A stretch of DNA of 64,000 bases from Eledone cirrhosa (GCA_964016885.1 OZ024745.1:17360001-17424000), one strand, 5' to 3'. Positions 13,043 to 28,931 are shown, counted from the first letter of the stretch. Notes: generated from the sequence alone by a model not told the origin. Translations and numbers: made by a program.

Positions 13043-14414
13043 TATCCACGGTAAGTTGTAGGGTATAGTCTGCATGAAGAACTCAATGTAATCCATATGT
13101 TGAAAATGTAGGTTAAAATAAATCCCGGAAAACAATAAAACATTAAAAGGAAAACAGAATCATTATAGAAGTTAAAATAATGAAATAAAAAATCAAGTCA
13201 TTAGAAATATACTTCACTGCTTTGCGATCGTTTCTAGGTGATACATCGTAACTATACTTCTTTATCGATCTATGTATGGTTAGTTACAAAATATCAGATA
13301 GGGAGAATATTTACTTACATGCATTTCACCAGCTGTTGTCAAAAGCAAGCTACATATATATATTATTTTACGAAAACCACAAATACAACTTTTATTTTCA
13401 TTGACAAATTATAACAACCCAAGATAAGGCTGTTAAATATCTTCCAAACTGAGATAAATCTTAAAATTCTGACACCTGTTCTCTGTTAAAGCATTTGCTG
13501 GTTGGATTCAATATAGATTCTAAATGTTTGATTGAGAAATGATTAAAATAATGCCTAGTACTTAAATACCTATATACGTTGTTTTCTAATTCGTAATCAT
13601 TTTTATCTTACATTTGCTGATTATCTGCAATTGTTTGGGATAAATTGTGTACCGTTTCCTGTTGTTGAAATAAGAGGAGCCGCTTTGGTTATCGCAGAAA
13701 GTAAGATCGGATCGGACTTTTCCTTCTTTTTTTTCGTCAGGTCCTCCAAGATTAAAAAGAGAAAAATAATTAATTGGCAATAGAACCGGGATCCTGGTCT
13801 ACTTAATTAATCCACAGAAACGTAATTTAGAGGATACATATGACACTATTGTTAATACTTGTCTACAAGTGTCAAATTTACTCCAGGTCCAAAAGAGTAC
13901 AGAATGCAATCTGCCCGCGTTCGAAATCTTTCCCCAATTCAATTCCCTGCATTTTTTAACTACTACATAAACCAGCTCAGAAGGAATGGAAAGCGAATTC
14001 GACATATATGCGATTGGGAATTATTTCCTTTTAATACTAGAGTATTTTGGGGACGAATAACGTATAAATATATTTAATGAAGAAGCTGTCATGTAGGAAC
14101 TAAAATATACTCGTAATTATTTCGAGCCAAAAATCTAGAAATAATTTCTAACGAAAATATACAGTATGAAATTATTTTCGCCAAAAGTTATGAATAGGTT
14201 GCCAAAAGATTTCATTAATTATACGCAAAATTTAATACTTGTGTACCATTTAAAATTATACGTGCATACATATATTTATATCTATATATATATGTGTGTG
14301 TATCTCTGTGTATTCGTCTTTCTAGCTATAATTGTGTGTATATATATATATATACACACACGCATTCACATTATATACTTGTGCGTGCGTGTGTGTCTGT
14401 GTGCGAGTGATTGC

Positions 14415-14471
<57 letters not shown>

Positions 14472-15334
14472 AGATATTTGTGCTTCTACTACACAATCAT
14501 AATCGCCCTCAATGTAATGTTACAAGCGTTATAAACAATTTTATTAATAAATTTCTACATTCTAGCCTAATAAATTGGCTGTATTTTTTTCGAATGAAAA
14601 TCTTTAAATAGGAAAAAATACGAATACATTTATAATATCATAATTACGAAAAGAAAAGATGTTGAAAAATAATGGGGTTGAGAAAATAAGTTGTGGTCTA
14701 GATCCCATACCCTCATTGCCTCTATGTTTAATACATGGTAAAGGCCTTGGGGCGGCGAACGTTATGATTTATTCGACAAGAGTTAGAAACAGGAAACGGT
14801 AGCCCTTGAACAAAGAGAATTGGAAATCTGTATGCCTTACCGGATAACATGTGCATAGCTACTCCAAAACGTCTACAATCATCATCAAGAAGAGTAACGG
14901 TTGGTGAAAAGGTGTCCGTATAATGCTATCTATTTCTGTGTTTGTAGTGAAAACGGAAGGCTGACGAAAGCGTGTTGGTCAATGTAGACTCAATCTTTGC
15001 TCACAGAATTGTATATCATGTAAAACATCTCGCGTTAGTAAAGTGCATACTGTGGAAGAATGAGGTTATCATTAACCCAGGTAACTTAAATTGAAGTTAT
15101 GTAGTAGTCAACATAAGGTTCAATTGTATTAAAAATGTGGCTGAGGGAATAATTTGATAGTTTCTACAAGTAGAAAGGATCAAACTGAAAGTTATTTATC
15201 TCTAGTTTGTCAATGGACATATTATTATCAAACCAGAGAAGCTTCCTTATGATGATTGCTACTCATTTTGTTCAGTTGATTTAGACAGGTTTTGGGTTCT
15301 AGTTCTAGCGTCATCACAGACCTGTCGGATGGGG

Positions 15335-15410
<76 letters not shown>

Positions 15411-15428
15411 ACACACACACACACTCCT

Positions 15429-15491
<63 letters not shown>

Positions 15492-15495
<4 letters not shown>

Positions 15496-18318
15496 AGATT
15501 TGAATGGATACAGTTTAGTTGAAAGGAATTTATTGACACGTGTTTCTGTAACAGTTACATAACCTGAAAACAGCTGCTATCTACAAAAGTTTTAGTTATG
15601 CAGACATTCAATATTTCAATGTTATTATTTACTGTCATTTCATCAGAATAATATTATTGAGGACCTATTTGGTTTTTATAGAGAATATTAGGAGGGCGGG
15701 GTGAAGTTGTTAGAAGAATAGTTGAGGGAGTGGTTTGTTGATAGCAGTGATAATTTTTTGGTGGCAGTGAGTAATTAGATTCCCATCTGTTGTTTTGACA
15801 TTTTTATAGAATATATTATTGGTTATTTTTCTAAATTTATAGAAGGATTAGAGATAGTAAAGATATGCGTGGTTGGTTTTGTGTTTGCACTTAATTAACA
15901 TTCAGACTTAAATTTTTCTTTCAAGTGTACCTATCCTTTCACCCATGCATTCACACACAAATATATTTGCACACCTCTACAAAATACATATACTCACATT
16001 CACATATTCATACTTACATACATATACAAATGCATACATATATATATACACACATGTATTCATGTACATACATACGCGTTCATGTGTATACATTTTCATA
16101 CTCAACTTATCTTTATATACACACGCATAGACACACACATATATACATACATACTCTAGTCTATGTGTACACATATACATATACATACACACCCATACAT
16201 ATATATATATATACACATATATATATACATATATATATATATATAAGCACTTTAATACATGAATACACTTACATCCTACTATACACATCAAACATATATA
16301 TATTTACTTATTTATATACATTTTCACATATATATACATACTTATGGACGTTTTTAGACACATTCATTATCGCATATTTGCACCTATTTTCATCAGCATA
16401 TCTTTCCATTATTAGTGTGGTAATTTAAGGTTATTAATATATGTTGAGAAGAGATTGTTTTTATATTTTTCTAACTAGAATGAGGTTTATATAGTTGGGG
16501 GGATGTCCATTTTCCTACATCACACAAATACCACAAAATCCTAAACCCAACCACTATAAGACTGTCATACTCTACAGCGTTAAACCTTGAACAACACATA
16601 AAAAAGGTCAATACTAGAAGGTTAAACGAAAAGACTAAGAACTTAAGTACAAAAAACACAAAAAAAACAGTAGACAATACACTACAGAACATAAATAAAC
16701 CACACCTAAGTTCGTCCGCAATACTACTCCAGAGAAAACCCAACGTACACAACTGTAACTGCACCTATCCTGACAACTGCCCCCTCGGCAATAACTGCCT
16801 GGAAAAAAATATTATTTATAAGTGTACCATTAAATCCGGAGGCAACGAGTGGTATTACGTGGGATCAACGGAAACATCGTTCAAATCTCGATTATATAGG
16901 CATTCTTACTCAATAAAACACCAGAGCCAAAGAAATGTAACAACTTTAGCAGAAAAAGCTTGGACGCTCAGGGATAGTGATCAAAAGTTTACTCTAAAAT
17001 GGGAGAAATTAGCTAAAACCCAAAGCTTTTCCAGGAGCCAAAATTTCTGCAAATTATGTAATCTTGAGATTTATTACATAATCACACACAAGAAGAAATT
17101 GCTGAATAACAGAATTGAACGAACATTATTCTGCCGTCACAGAACTAAAACCCTTTTTTCCCACTACAAGCCGAATATTACATAAAAGAGGTACATGCCC
17201 CCAACTATATAAACCTCATTCTAGTTAGAAAAATATAAAAACAATCTCTTCTCAACATATATTAATAACCTTAAATTACCACACTAATAATGGAAAGATA
17301 TGCTGATGAAAATAGGTGCAAATATGCGATAATGAATGTGTCTAAAAACGTCCATAAGTATGTATATATATGTGAAAATGTATATAAATAAGTAAATATA
17401 TATATGTTTGATGTGTATAGTAGGATGTAAGTGTATTCATGTATTAAAGTGCTTATATATATATATATGTATATATATATGTGTGTATATATATATATAT
17501 GTATGGGTGTGTATGTATATGTATATGTGTACACATAGACTAGAGTATGTATGTATATATGTGTGTGTCTATGCGTGTGTATATAAAGATAAGTTGAGTA
17601 TGAAAATGTATACACATGAACGCGTATGTACATGAATACATGTGTGTATATATATATGTATGCATTTGTATATGTATGTAAGTATGAATATGTGAATGTG
17701 AGTATATGTATTTTGTAGAGGTGTGCAAATATATTTGTGTGTGAATGCGTGGGTGAAAGGATAGGTACACTTGAAAGAAAAATTTAAGTCTGAATGTTAA
17801 TTAAGTGCAAACACAAAACCAACCACGCATATCTTTACTATCTCTAATCCTTCTATAAATTTACAAAAATAACCAATAATATATTCTATAAAAATTTCAA
17901 AACAACAGATGGGAATCTAATTACTCACTGCCACCAAAAAATTATCACTGCTATCAACAAACCACTCCCTCAACTATTCTTCTAACAACTTCACCCCTCC
18001 CTCCTAATATTCTCTATAAAAACCAAATAGGTCCTCAATAATATTATTCTGATGTAATGACAGTAAATAATAACATTGAAATATTGAATGTCTGCATAAC
18101 TAAAACTTTTGTAGATAGCAGCTGTTTTCAGGTTATGTAACTGTTACAGAAACACGTGTCAATAAATTCCTTTCAACTAAACTGTATCCATTCAAATCTT
18201 TCTCTTTTTCTCCGGATTACTTTTGGAACTACAACTGGAACCGTCGAGCAAACTCTACGTGAGCTGTCAATCTACTGTGTGTAATATTTATATTACAATA
18301 CAACGGAAAATACTGTAT
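15492..18318 (+). mobile_element. 5'-truncated Naiad-type PLE with about 1-kb inverted arm
   Basis: 15492-16506 is inverted relative to 17193-18202. Coding remnant 16510-17185 reads CNCTYPDNCPLGNNC...IIYKC...YVGST...CKLC. HHR-like core at about 15605-15650 (-) and 18046-18095 (+, CTGATGT). Confidence 0.9.
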
Positions 18319-18320
18319 AC

Positions 18321-18353
<33 letters not shown>

Positions 18354-18502
18354 GAGAGAGAGAGGGAGAGTGGTTCATTCCATAGATAAACAACGCATAT
18401 GTTCAATGCACTATGCCCTTCAACTGTCTGTATGCTATCTATTTATTATTTTCTCTAATTCCTAAGAATAAAAGAATCGAGATTTTGGCGGGTGTATATA
18501 TA

Positions 18503-18942
18503 AGCAAAAGGGATATTCAATTTGCTGGTAATTCAACAAATATAAATGTTTATAACTGATTCAAAGCATTCGACAAGTTTTCTGGAGTATAATATTCAAT
18601 GATATTAAATAAATGGAAACTATATTTATAAAACCATATGTATTCTATTATATATATTTCAAGGGAACCAACACTTTTGTACGCTCTCATCAGATAATAT
18701 ACAAAGTTTGTTTTATAAATATTGACATATCCAGAAAGAAGAACTTAACGGTTCAAGTTTATCTATCCAGGAAAAACTTGAACCGTTAAGTTCTTCGTCC
18801 TGGTTATGTCAATATTTATGAAACAAACTTTGTATTTCATCTGATGAGAGCGTACCAAAGATTTTGATACGCTTGAAATATATATAATAGAATACATATG
18901 GTTTCATAAATATAGTTTCCATTTATTTAATAACATTGAATA
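18503..18942 (-). mobile_element. Family C fold-back with HHR in both arms
   Basis: 18591-18760 is inverted relative to 18776-18942; CTGATGA(18841-18847)-gagcgta...tacgctt-GAAA(18875-18878)-tatata. Confidence 0.8.
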
Positions 18943-19524
18943 TATATATATATATAAATTTGTAAGTTTGAAGAATTATTAGATAAAATATACCCAGTCT
19001 TTCCTCATCCTAGTCCGTAGAAATCAACCAGATAAATAATCATTTAAACGAGGCTATTTGTTTAAAATGTAACTATGAAGAAATAATAGACAAATGATAC
19101 AGACTATTTTTCTCGAGGAACAGTCAGATAACATTTATCTAGCCATTCCTTTTAGCCCATAGAAATTAACTACACAAATAATCAATTAAACGGAGCTAGG
19201 TCTTAAATATAAGTTGGAAGAAAAATTCATATAAACTTTATCAAAATTCCTCTAGTCCCGACTGTCGAGTTTCGCTCGCACTTTGTGGATATATCCGATC
19301 CTGGAATTATCCATGAGGCTTCGAGGTTATCAAGAGCTCCCCCCCTCTCAGGTTTGGATGAAAATTTCTACAGTCATCACCGCCAGAAATGAATTAAAAA
19401 ATGGCTAAGGATTATCACGTGGCTAGTGGTCAAAGTAGAAGGTTGTGAATGGTGCCCAGGCTGCTAGAAAGTGCAGACAGATACTGCCTAAAGTTTTACT
19501 CTACCGTATGGGAGTGTATATTAC

Positions 19525-19870
19525 ATTCATAGGGATATATGTATATATTTAGACATATATTTAGACATAGTCACAGATACATATATGAGTGTGGCTACCT
19601 TTCACGGTGTGGCCCAATGAAATATTTAATTAAGCAAATAATTATTAATCAGAGCTATATATATAATTGCAAGTTTGAAGAACGGACTAGGGAGAGCAAA
19701 GACTGGGTATATTTTATCTAATAATGCTTCAAACTTGCAATTTTATATATAGCTCTGATTAATAATGATTTGCTTAATTAAATTTTTCATTGAACCACAC
19801 CATGTAAGGTAGTCTCACTCATATATGTATCTGTGACTATGTCTAAATATATACATATATCCCTATGAAT
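19525..19870. repeat. Fold-back with arms of about 150 bp, probably an older PLE-type terminus
   Basis: 19525-19680 is inverted relative to 19727-19870; only a degenerate core (CTGATTA...GAAC). Confidence 0.7.
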
Positions 19871-20272
19871 TTAATATATATATATATATATGAGGGGGGT
19901 ATGTGTGTGTGCGGGGGGGGGGGGGGGGGGACGTAGTAGAATTGACAAGCAGAAAACACGACAACGAACGAAAAAAAACAAAAAGGAAAACAAAGATTTG
20001 AAAGGAGTGCCTTGAAAAAATACTTTTTGAAAATATAAATACAAACGAAAAACACAGATCTCCATCGCGACGGTCTTCAGCCGTTGAGATGGATGTACAT
20101 CTCAGATTATTAATAATAATCTTAAGAACATTAGGAAAATTAACAGAAGAGAGTACAAGACAATGAACGAAAACGTGGCAAAAGAAGTAGCCATTTTTTG
20201 AAGGGGAAATATTAAAAACTATTTTTTTAAAAAGGGAAAAGCAAAACAAATATACATATTTGTTTTTCTTTT

Positions 20273-20321
<49 letters not shown>

Positions 20322-20334
20322 TGTGTGTGTGTGT

Positions 20335-23300
20335 GTGTAGGAGGTGTGTTTTATTGTAGTACAATAAAGCAATGCAAATATCGGATAAATAGCACTCTAC
20401 AGTTTGTAGGACTGGAGTATAAATAATATAAAATCAAAAGATGGTTAAAAGAGTTCCAAGTATTTAATTATGCGCATTTCAAAAACAAATATCTTCATGA
20501 GATGACATTTGCGTTTTCATCAGATAAAATAGGGATACATGATATGAAGGTTAAAAAACACTTGTGAATAGTGAAGTTTTAAATCAGCATATGAAAAGTA
20601 ATTTAAGATTGATGTTGGAGGGGGTTGGAAAGGGTGAAAAAGAGGAGGATATGAGAGTAAAGAATGGTGGGGGGGGGGTATAATAAGGAAGGATGAGATA
20701 GGAGGAGAGATGGGTGATAGTGAGAGAGAGATAGCCTTTACAACTGAGACAAATATATATTGTTTCACAGAGAGAGGTTAAAAATCCGTTGGAAGATAAT
20801 AGATAATTTAAAAGAATTTGAAATTAAAAGTTGATGAAGAGAAAAATGGGGTTAAGAATAATATTAAATTAAGGTTTGTATATTGAAGGGTTTAATAATA
20901 TGTTCGACGAAAAGAAATTGTTAATATGAATTATTAAAATAAAAATATTAATGTTATTAAGGATATAATGTGAAAAGAAATAGAAGAGTGGATGAGTTAT
21001 GAATTTAGAGGAATTAGTTACTGTTTAAGTTTGTTTTTATGTAATGTAATATGTGTGCGTAATATATGTAAATAGTTTGTTTACAAATGAGCGCAGAAAG
21101 CAAAGAAAAAAATAGTGTTTAAGGAAGAAAAAAAGCTACCCTCAAAATATATATGTTTACGAAATATTTTATAATGGTAATAAAATAATATAATAAAGGA
21201 GATTAGTTAGGGTTTAAGTTTGTTTTTATGTATTGTAATATGTAATATGTAAGTGTCAAACGAGCATGAAAGAAAGAAATAACGAACTTGAGGAGGAAAA
21301 ATCTAACGTCAAAAAAGGTTTATGTTTACGAAGGATTGTTAAAGGTATATAATGTATTTAAAAGGTAATAATAATTGTTATGGCCAATGATATGAAGAAA
21401 GATGGAAGAGTGGATATGTTGTGGTGAGTAATAATAAGAATTGAGAAGTAGTTAGGAAGAAAAAGTACAGATTAGAGGTTAGAAATTAAAAAGAAAAAAG
21501 AAAAGAGGAAGAAAGGAAAGTGATAAAGAGGAATGATATAGAATGAGTAACTAGTATTATATAATGTATAATAAATAATATTGTAATAAGGTGGAAAGAT
21601 GGGTATATGTTTAAAGAAATATATATATAAGTCTTTGAGAAAAAAGATTTTAAACTAGTAAAGTATTAGATATTAGCTGTATACTTTGTGGAATGTTCTG
21701 TGGAATTTATGCAAGCAGAGAGAAAATAAATCAGTCCGTCTATTTATTATAGAATCTAAATTAGATATAATGGTAAATTTCTCAGATAAGCAAAGATTAC
21801 ACGTTCTGGATAGACAGAACAAACTTTCCTCCAAGAGATGTTATAGTTAATATTTTTATCTTTCAAGGACCATATGAGTTCTGAGAGTGCCGTGTTCGTT
21901 ATTTTAAGTTTGTATTTAAAAGAAGAATTGTGATTATAAAATCTCACTTTGAAGGAGGTGGAAGTGGAACCGAAATAGGTAAAGGAATTGGTATCAGTTA
22001 TAACTTTACATTCATAGACTAAGTTTTTTTCAAGACAATGGTTATTAAGAGGACATTAGTTTTAACAGGGCAATTACAATTGCGATTAGAGAAATTAACA
22101 GAGTTATTAACGAGTGACCTAGTGTTATTTATAGGAGGATTTGGATAGGAGAAGTTATTTACGATAGGAGTAGTTAAGTTTGAAGTCGTATTTGAGGATG
22201 CAGAATCTAGCCTAGAGTTAACAATGACGTCGGGAGTACTACTGCTATTATTATGACATTCAGTGTTGGAAGGATGTGATTTAGTATTTAATATTTTATT
22301 GTTGTGATTAGAGATAATGTTGGAAATGTTGGAGGAGGTGGAATAGGAAAATGTTATTGTATGTTTGTTAAATATTTTACTATAGATATAGTAAAATATT
22401 TAACAGGGAGGGAAGCATTTATTTAAGGCCCTAAAGAATAATTTAGGAATATTATTATTAATAGAAATAGAGAAAGGAGCATTATACCAGATTATATTTT
22501 TGTATCTAGGTCTTTTATTTAAGTTATTGGAATGATCATAATTAATTATTTTACTGTAAGATCTTCTAGGATTGGTTTCTTTACTGTATTTAATTTTATC
22601 AGGATAACCGGCGTTAGAAAGCGCATTATTAGAGTAATTGGCGTTAGCATCAAAGATATTTTTATTAGATGATAGGTTTGATATTCTTTTTCCAATATTA
22701 CTAACTATAGCATGTTTAATGTTAGTGGGGTGGTTAGATTTATAATTAAAATAATTTAGATTCTCATTGTTTTTATGGTAAGGGTAATATAGGCCAGTGT
22801 CAAGATTAAGGGATATATCCAAGAAGTTAGCTAGTTTGACGTTGTTATTAAATTCAATTGTTAAGTTATGTTGGTTAAAGAGATCACGTATATTGTTCTT
22901 AATAATATTAAGGTTAACTGTATAGCAATTTAAGATAGTTAAAAAGTCCATCGTCACGATAAATTCCACCGCGAATTTGAGGAATTTTCCGATTTAAAGA
23001 ATTCAAAATAAAGATACCAATCAAACCAGTCAATTGCGATGAATCGGATGCACCCATTGTGATATAAAAGTTGTTGGAGGTATCAGCTCTAGTCCAGTAT
23101 TCATTGTTGAATTCAAAGATGGTTTTTCTTGCGGTGAGAATGATGTGAAGTTCATCTGTGGTGATGTCAGAATATTTAAAAGCGAAAGATAGAGCATTGT
23201 TGAGAAGTGAAGGCGAAATAGAAGAATACATTTTTGTTTGTTTTTCTTATTCAGGTTGTTGAACCAGCAATTACTTCAGATGTACCAAAGCATAAATTTA

Positions 23301-23838
23301 AGTTAGAAGTAGAGCAATTAGAACGAACCTGTGGGATAATTCTATCCAAGATGGCTTTACTAACAACCCCCAGATCTGATTTAGAGGGGCCGATTAGTCT
23401 AACAGGTAGTTCCATTCGAAAATTGTTTTTATGATCCTTCAGATTTATCCTCGGAGTTCTTGAGAGGAATGGTTCGGTCTTTTTTTCAATGCCAAGTTTT
23501 GACATAATCTGAGAAGCTTCAAAGTTTATGGATTCTAAATTTTCATGGTTGGTTTTACAATATTTCTTCCTTAGTTCTTTACTCTCATCTCCTCCTCTTG
23601 TTCACCCTTTCCACCCCCCCTCCTCGCTTTTTTTTCCAAATATCACACATCAATCTTAAATTACTTTCCATATGTTGATTTAAAACTTCACTATTCATAA
23701 GTGTTTTTTAACCTTCATATCATGTATCCATATTTTATCTGATGAAAACGCAAATGTCATCTCATGATGATATTTGTTTTTGAAATGCGCATAATGAAAT
23801 ACTTGGAGCTCTTTTAACCATCTTTGATTTTATATTAC
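20335..23838 (-). mobile_element. Decayed Naiad-type PLE with inverted arm
   Basis: Frameshifted ORF at about 21670-23580 (LKDHK, ITMGASDSSQ, GGIYRDDG, WYNAPFS, CNCP, YFGST); 23582-23838 is inverted relative to about 20424-20700. Confidence 0.9.
23731..23802 (+). ncRNA. Type I hammerhead motif (mirror copy at 20460-20531, minus)
   Basis: CTGATGA(23739-23745), long stem II, GAAA(23782-23785), palindrome atgcgcat, AUA triplet, short bulged stem I. Confidence 0.7.
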
Positions 23839-24067
23839 ATATATATACATATATATATATATATATATTATCAAGAGATGTCTGTTATTTTTATCTAAAG
23901 ACATTTTTCCAATTACATCCAGCCCGTCCCCTCAATCTATTTTATTTCTCATTCTTTTTTCTGATGAAGGACTAACGTCCGAATCTCTTCCTGCTATTAT
24001 CAAGCGTTAACCAAATATATACCATCCATATACTGTACCGATTGTATTGTTATTTCTGTTTACCTTT

Positions 24068-24158
<91 letters not shown>

Positions 24159-24957
24159 GAGGTCTATAAGTGTATAGATATGGATTTGTAGACAGTAATT
24201 AATTATTGACTGTTAAATTTATTTACAAGAAATTAAACACGTGTTGAGGATTAGGAACTGAAATTGATTACTCAGTCAATACACCGGGAATGTAAATATT
24301 CATAGTAAATTTTGTATATTTATATGTGTTTGTTTTTAATGCAAAATTACCAAATCGTTTATTTCAATTATGTTGTGAGTTACATACAAAATTGTGGCTG
24401 TTTTCCAATTACGGATGTGTTCTAAACTGCATCAATGTATATCCCTGTCCATATAGATATATTTACAGACAATTATGATATAATTTCAACTTTACTGTTA
24501 TTTTCAATTAGCTTCTGATTCCTCAAAGTAATATTTAGTAATTATTTACTTACTGATGAAGGAATCATTCAATTTCTCACCGAAAAACTTTGCTCATTAA
24601 TAGGTTTATTCCAAACAACTTTTTCAGTTACATGTAATATCCGGCTGTCTACAGAATTTCTAATTACTACGTAATTATCCAGAAAATTCCTTACATCTAT
24701 TATTCTGGTACTGTTCCAGTTAAAAGCACAATGGTGTAAGCGAAACAGAAGTAGATCAATATTAACTTCAATGTATGCAATTTCTACTATTCAATAAATT
24801 ACGATTCCTCTAAACAGCATAAACAAATCCAGTACAGAAATATTACATTTTGATTTCATTCTAAAACGGACATAATGCATTCTTCACGAAAACATATCGT
24901 AACAAAATTAATCTACATTACATCTAACGACCTTCTGATGATGGTATAAGCTGGAAC

Positions 24958-25160
24958 TACAAAGGGTCGGCTGAAAACATCATAACTCGAACTTGCTTCT
25001 TTCATGGAATGGACATATGTTGTATACTTTCAAATATAGTCCCTAGAAAGAAACAATGCAGTTATTAATATGAAGAGTTGAAATTAATGAATGGAACATT
25101 TTACTTTTCTAGCGTCGCTACTTCATAACCAGACTTTGAATATTTCACCCGATATCTGTA
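24958..25160. mobile_element. Tc1/mariner-like MITE, decayed
   Basis: Imperfect TIRs tacaaagggtcggctgaaaa / tatttcacccgatatctgta with TA ends; the interior is shared with 36943-37141. Confidence 0.6.
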
Positions 25161-25346
25161 TTTCATATATTGACAAAGATTGAAATGCAATTGGCATCCT
25201 ACAAAAATATCCATCAAATGATATGTAATTATGCGCTGCTGTAACCTTTGTATCTGTGGATAGTACAGTATAATGTTTTACATACGTGGATATTGTCAGT
25301 ATTCAATCTATATTCTAATAGAATATAGTGGATTTCCTTTAGTAAA

Positions 25347-25615
25347 TAATTATTTCTACTTTTGGCACAAGGCCAGCAATTATCCCAATGTATTACTGGT
25401 ATTTTATTTTATCGACCCCGTAAGGATGAAAGGCAAAGTTAACCTCGGCGGGATTTGAAATCAGATCATAAAGAGCCGTAACTCTTTGCTGCAAAGCATG
25501 GCATTCGACACTGTACTGATACTGCCAATCCCTTTAGTAAATAATTGTTTCTACTTTAGGCACAAGGCCAGCAATCACCCAGTGCATTACTGGTACAGTA
25601 AATAATTGTTTCTAC
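25347..25615 (-). mobile_element. OK/Nin-like SINE with reiterated tail fragments
   Basis: Full copy at 25347-25530; agtaaataattgtttctac recurs at about 25536 and 25597. Confidence 0.8.
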
Positions 25616-25634
25616 GCTGACCATATCGGGCAGA

Positions 25635-26035
25635 TCATCACGCCATCTGTATTTGGTGGCCATCTAGATGTCTCCACTACATTGCTGTTCAATTTCTCAC
25701 TAATAGTCCACCGTTTGTCTCTAAAGTGAGAGACGTGACCAGCTCATGTATGTTCACCCTTCTTGATGTTCTCAATACTGTCCTTCATGTCAGCCTTCTG
25801 TCAAATCCAGGTGTTGATTTTTCTCTTATGTAAGATGAAGCCGAAAACGATGTGTTCTATTTTACATTGCGCCACTGCATGTACCTCTGCACTGGTGGTG
25901 TTGAGTGCCCAAGTCTCATTTACATATGCCATCATGTGTTTGACATACGATCATAATTTAATTTGTTTTATTTTAGATATTTCTGGGGGAAATAACAGTA
26001 CCTCGACCTTCAAACGCGCTATATATCCCTAGGAA
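25635..26035 (-). mobile_element. RTE-clade LINE ORF C-terminal remnant
   Basis: Minus translation with stops and shifts: AYVNETWAL...AVAQCKIE...*AGHV...RWT...RWRDDL. Confidence 0.75.
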
Positions 26036-27374
26036 CTGATGCTTTTAAGGTTCCGATCAGGCACTTGTTATTCCAGTAATTTTGAAATTACATGTTCTGG
26101 GAGGACTATACACTTATTCTACATTCTGGCAGGAAAGTGCAGTTCGTCGTTGTTAATCCCGAACACAGCTTAGGTTATGATGAGAGTAGAAACTGATGAT
26201 TATATAGTCAAATATGTACTCTTTCTCATAGAAAAATAAAATTAGGTATGGGATCAATGAACCTATCATTCATTTAATATTAACCTACATCGTCTAGTGA
26301 ATGTGAATTGAAGAAGAAATAGAAGTTTGAGTAAATATACCTGTTAAAATTTGAATAGATTTGTTAGAATAAAAGAAAATGTAAATTTAGATACTGTAGA
26401 TTTTGTAAGATATTTGTACGTATATATTGCTGAGAAATAAATTATTGCTAAGCCAACCACGTACAGCGTACTTCCAATGTGTATCCGAATGTATGGCAGC
26501 TGTATTGTATTTACGTTATTTTTTTATTTCATGCACACCTCATAAACTGACCAGAATTAATATCCCTTCAGAATCAAAGTGGCATGGAATAATATATTTG
26601 TGTAAAATACCTTTGTTCCATTCTGCTGTAACCAAGGAAATGAAAGTGGATATAAACATGCTTTCTATCAAATTTTCTGCTATCAGTTGTTTGCAATAGA
26701 ATGTCAGCGCACTTTTATTGATTTTTGCCATCAAATATTTTTATTCTAGAATTACCGTAGTTTTCACTTTTTTGTTTTTGATCAGAAACATCTATGTTCA
26801 GCTGATAAATTACACACTGGCAAAAGAACGGTGTCTCAAATAATTGGAGATGATTGCTGCTTTCAAAGCTATATGAAGGTCGTGGAAATAAGTATAGCCG
26901 GAATATTGCGAGAGTGTATAACTAACTGCTTGAACATTTACATTGCGAAATATATCTCACAGGAATATATAATATTGGGTAGAAATGCAATAATTCATAT
27001 TATATATAGCTATGACTACATCTGCTTTATATAATACCCTATTCATATCTAAATACTTCTGTATATATATATATTTTAGTCTTCAAATTTATTATTATTA
27101 CTATATTATATCATCATCATCATCATCATCATCATCGTTTGACGTCCTTGTTCCACGCTTGCATGGGTTTGGACGGGGGTTTTCCCACTTGAGGCAAGAG
27201 TGATTGTCTTGCTCGCATAGGACTGTCTGGCAGGTTTTCTACAGTTGGATGCCCTTCCTAACACCAACCACATTTACAGTCTGGGTCTGGGAGGTTTTTA
27301 CCGTGTTGCCTACACGGCCACATTACAGCGTGGACTGTGTGTTTTTTGTCGTGACACCTACACGATCTCATTTA

Positions 27375-27446
<72 letters not shown>

Positions 27447-27469
27447 TACATATATATATACATATATAT

Positions 27470-27571
<102 letters not shown>

Positions 27572-28714
27572 ATGTATGTGTGTATGTGTGTATGTGTGTG
27601 TGTGTGTGCATGTGTGTGCCTGTGTGTGTGTGTGTGTCTATCTACATATACACAGTCGGATCGCATATGTGAAATTTGGTGAGCCGTAAATAGCACAAGG
27701 TAAATGAGATTATCCGAACAATTTCAAGAAAAGAACTCCCTTTCATGGTGTTCAGTATCTAACAGAAGAAACGGAATTCGTGACCTAAAATATACACCAG
27801 TCTTACACACCCCCTTATTTACATATTATTTACTTTGGCTGTTTTTGACACACAGCATGCTGTGACCTTCAAATATTTAAATCATTTCCTTAAGTTGCAA
27901 CGATTCCTGTAAGTCTGTATCTGAACAAATATGCATTTCTATTCTAAGATGTAATAGTGTTAATACACCGACAGAGGTGGTTAAATCGTAATACATCTGA
28001 AAATCATGTTCCTCAACTAAAATGAAGAACGTATCCTGAGATAGAAATCATACACCAACTCATTCCGAAATGTACGCCCAATCCCAAGTAAACCGATATA
28101 TATATATATATATACCAATAAAGATTCAGCGAGAATCGCATTTTTTGGCGGGCAGGAAAAGCGAAACGAAACGCAAAAATCAGAAATGATACGGGCAAAG
28201 TGCTCAATAGTTAAAAAACAGAGCTAAACAATGTGTTAAGAAGCCATACAAAACTGAAAAGGTGGCCAAGAAAGCATTAACCACCCAAGCCAAAAACCAA
28301 ATCAAGCTAAACAGGTCAAAACAAAATAAATGATAAAAAATAAGTGATAACCAGACTTGGACTCCCGGAATTGCTGTTAAAATCCGATGTAGAGATTCTG
28401 TGACACCTAAATCAAAATGCAGTCTGCTTAAAAATATAAGCTTTGTGTATAACGATCGAACAAGGAATATCATGTTATCAACAGGTATTTCGCTCTGTAC
28501 CAAATAAGTGAATGACATGGTGGTAAGTTAAACCACGTGTCGAGATCACAAGGGGAATAACTCCAGATTTTGGCAAAGTAATTCAGTTGGTGTAAATCAT
28601 GCGAAAGATAGCATAAATAGAACAAATCGAATAAGTTCTCAACCGAGTAGTTTAAAAAACTGTATATATATATATATACACACACATACACATATAAGTA
28701 TATATGTATATATA

Positions 28715-28931
28715 GACAGTGGATCGACTTTCGCCAAATCGAACCGAAGAAACAAAGTGTCCGTTGGTCTTTCCAATTGCTAATACTATCTATCGGTCGC
28801 AATTGCAGGTAGAAGGAGCAATGTGAAATAAAGTGTCTTGCTCTAGGATATAACGCATCGCCCTGTCCAGGTATCGAACACACAACCTCACGATTGCGAA
28901 TCCAATACTCTAACCACTCGGCCACGCGCCT
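28715..28931 (-). mobile_element. tRNA-headed SINE of a second family
   Basis: A box TGGCCGAGTGG and B box GTTCGATACC, followed by gagcaagacactttatttcacattgctcc; a related decayed piece lies at about 58040-58200. Confidence 0.75.

Noticed and set aside
28860-28931. tRNA gene
   Set aside because: A and B boxes are present but the cloverleaf is imperfect and continues into a SINE body.
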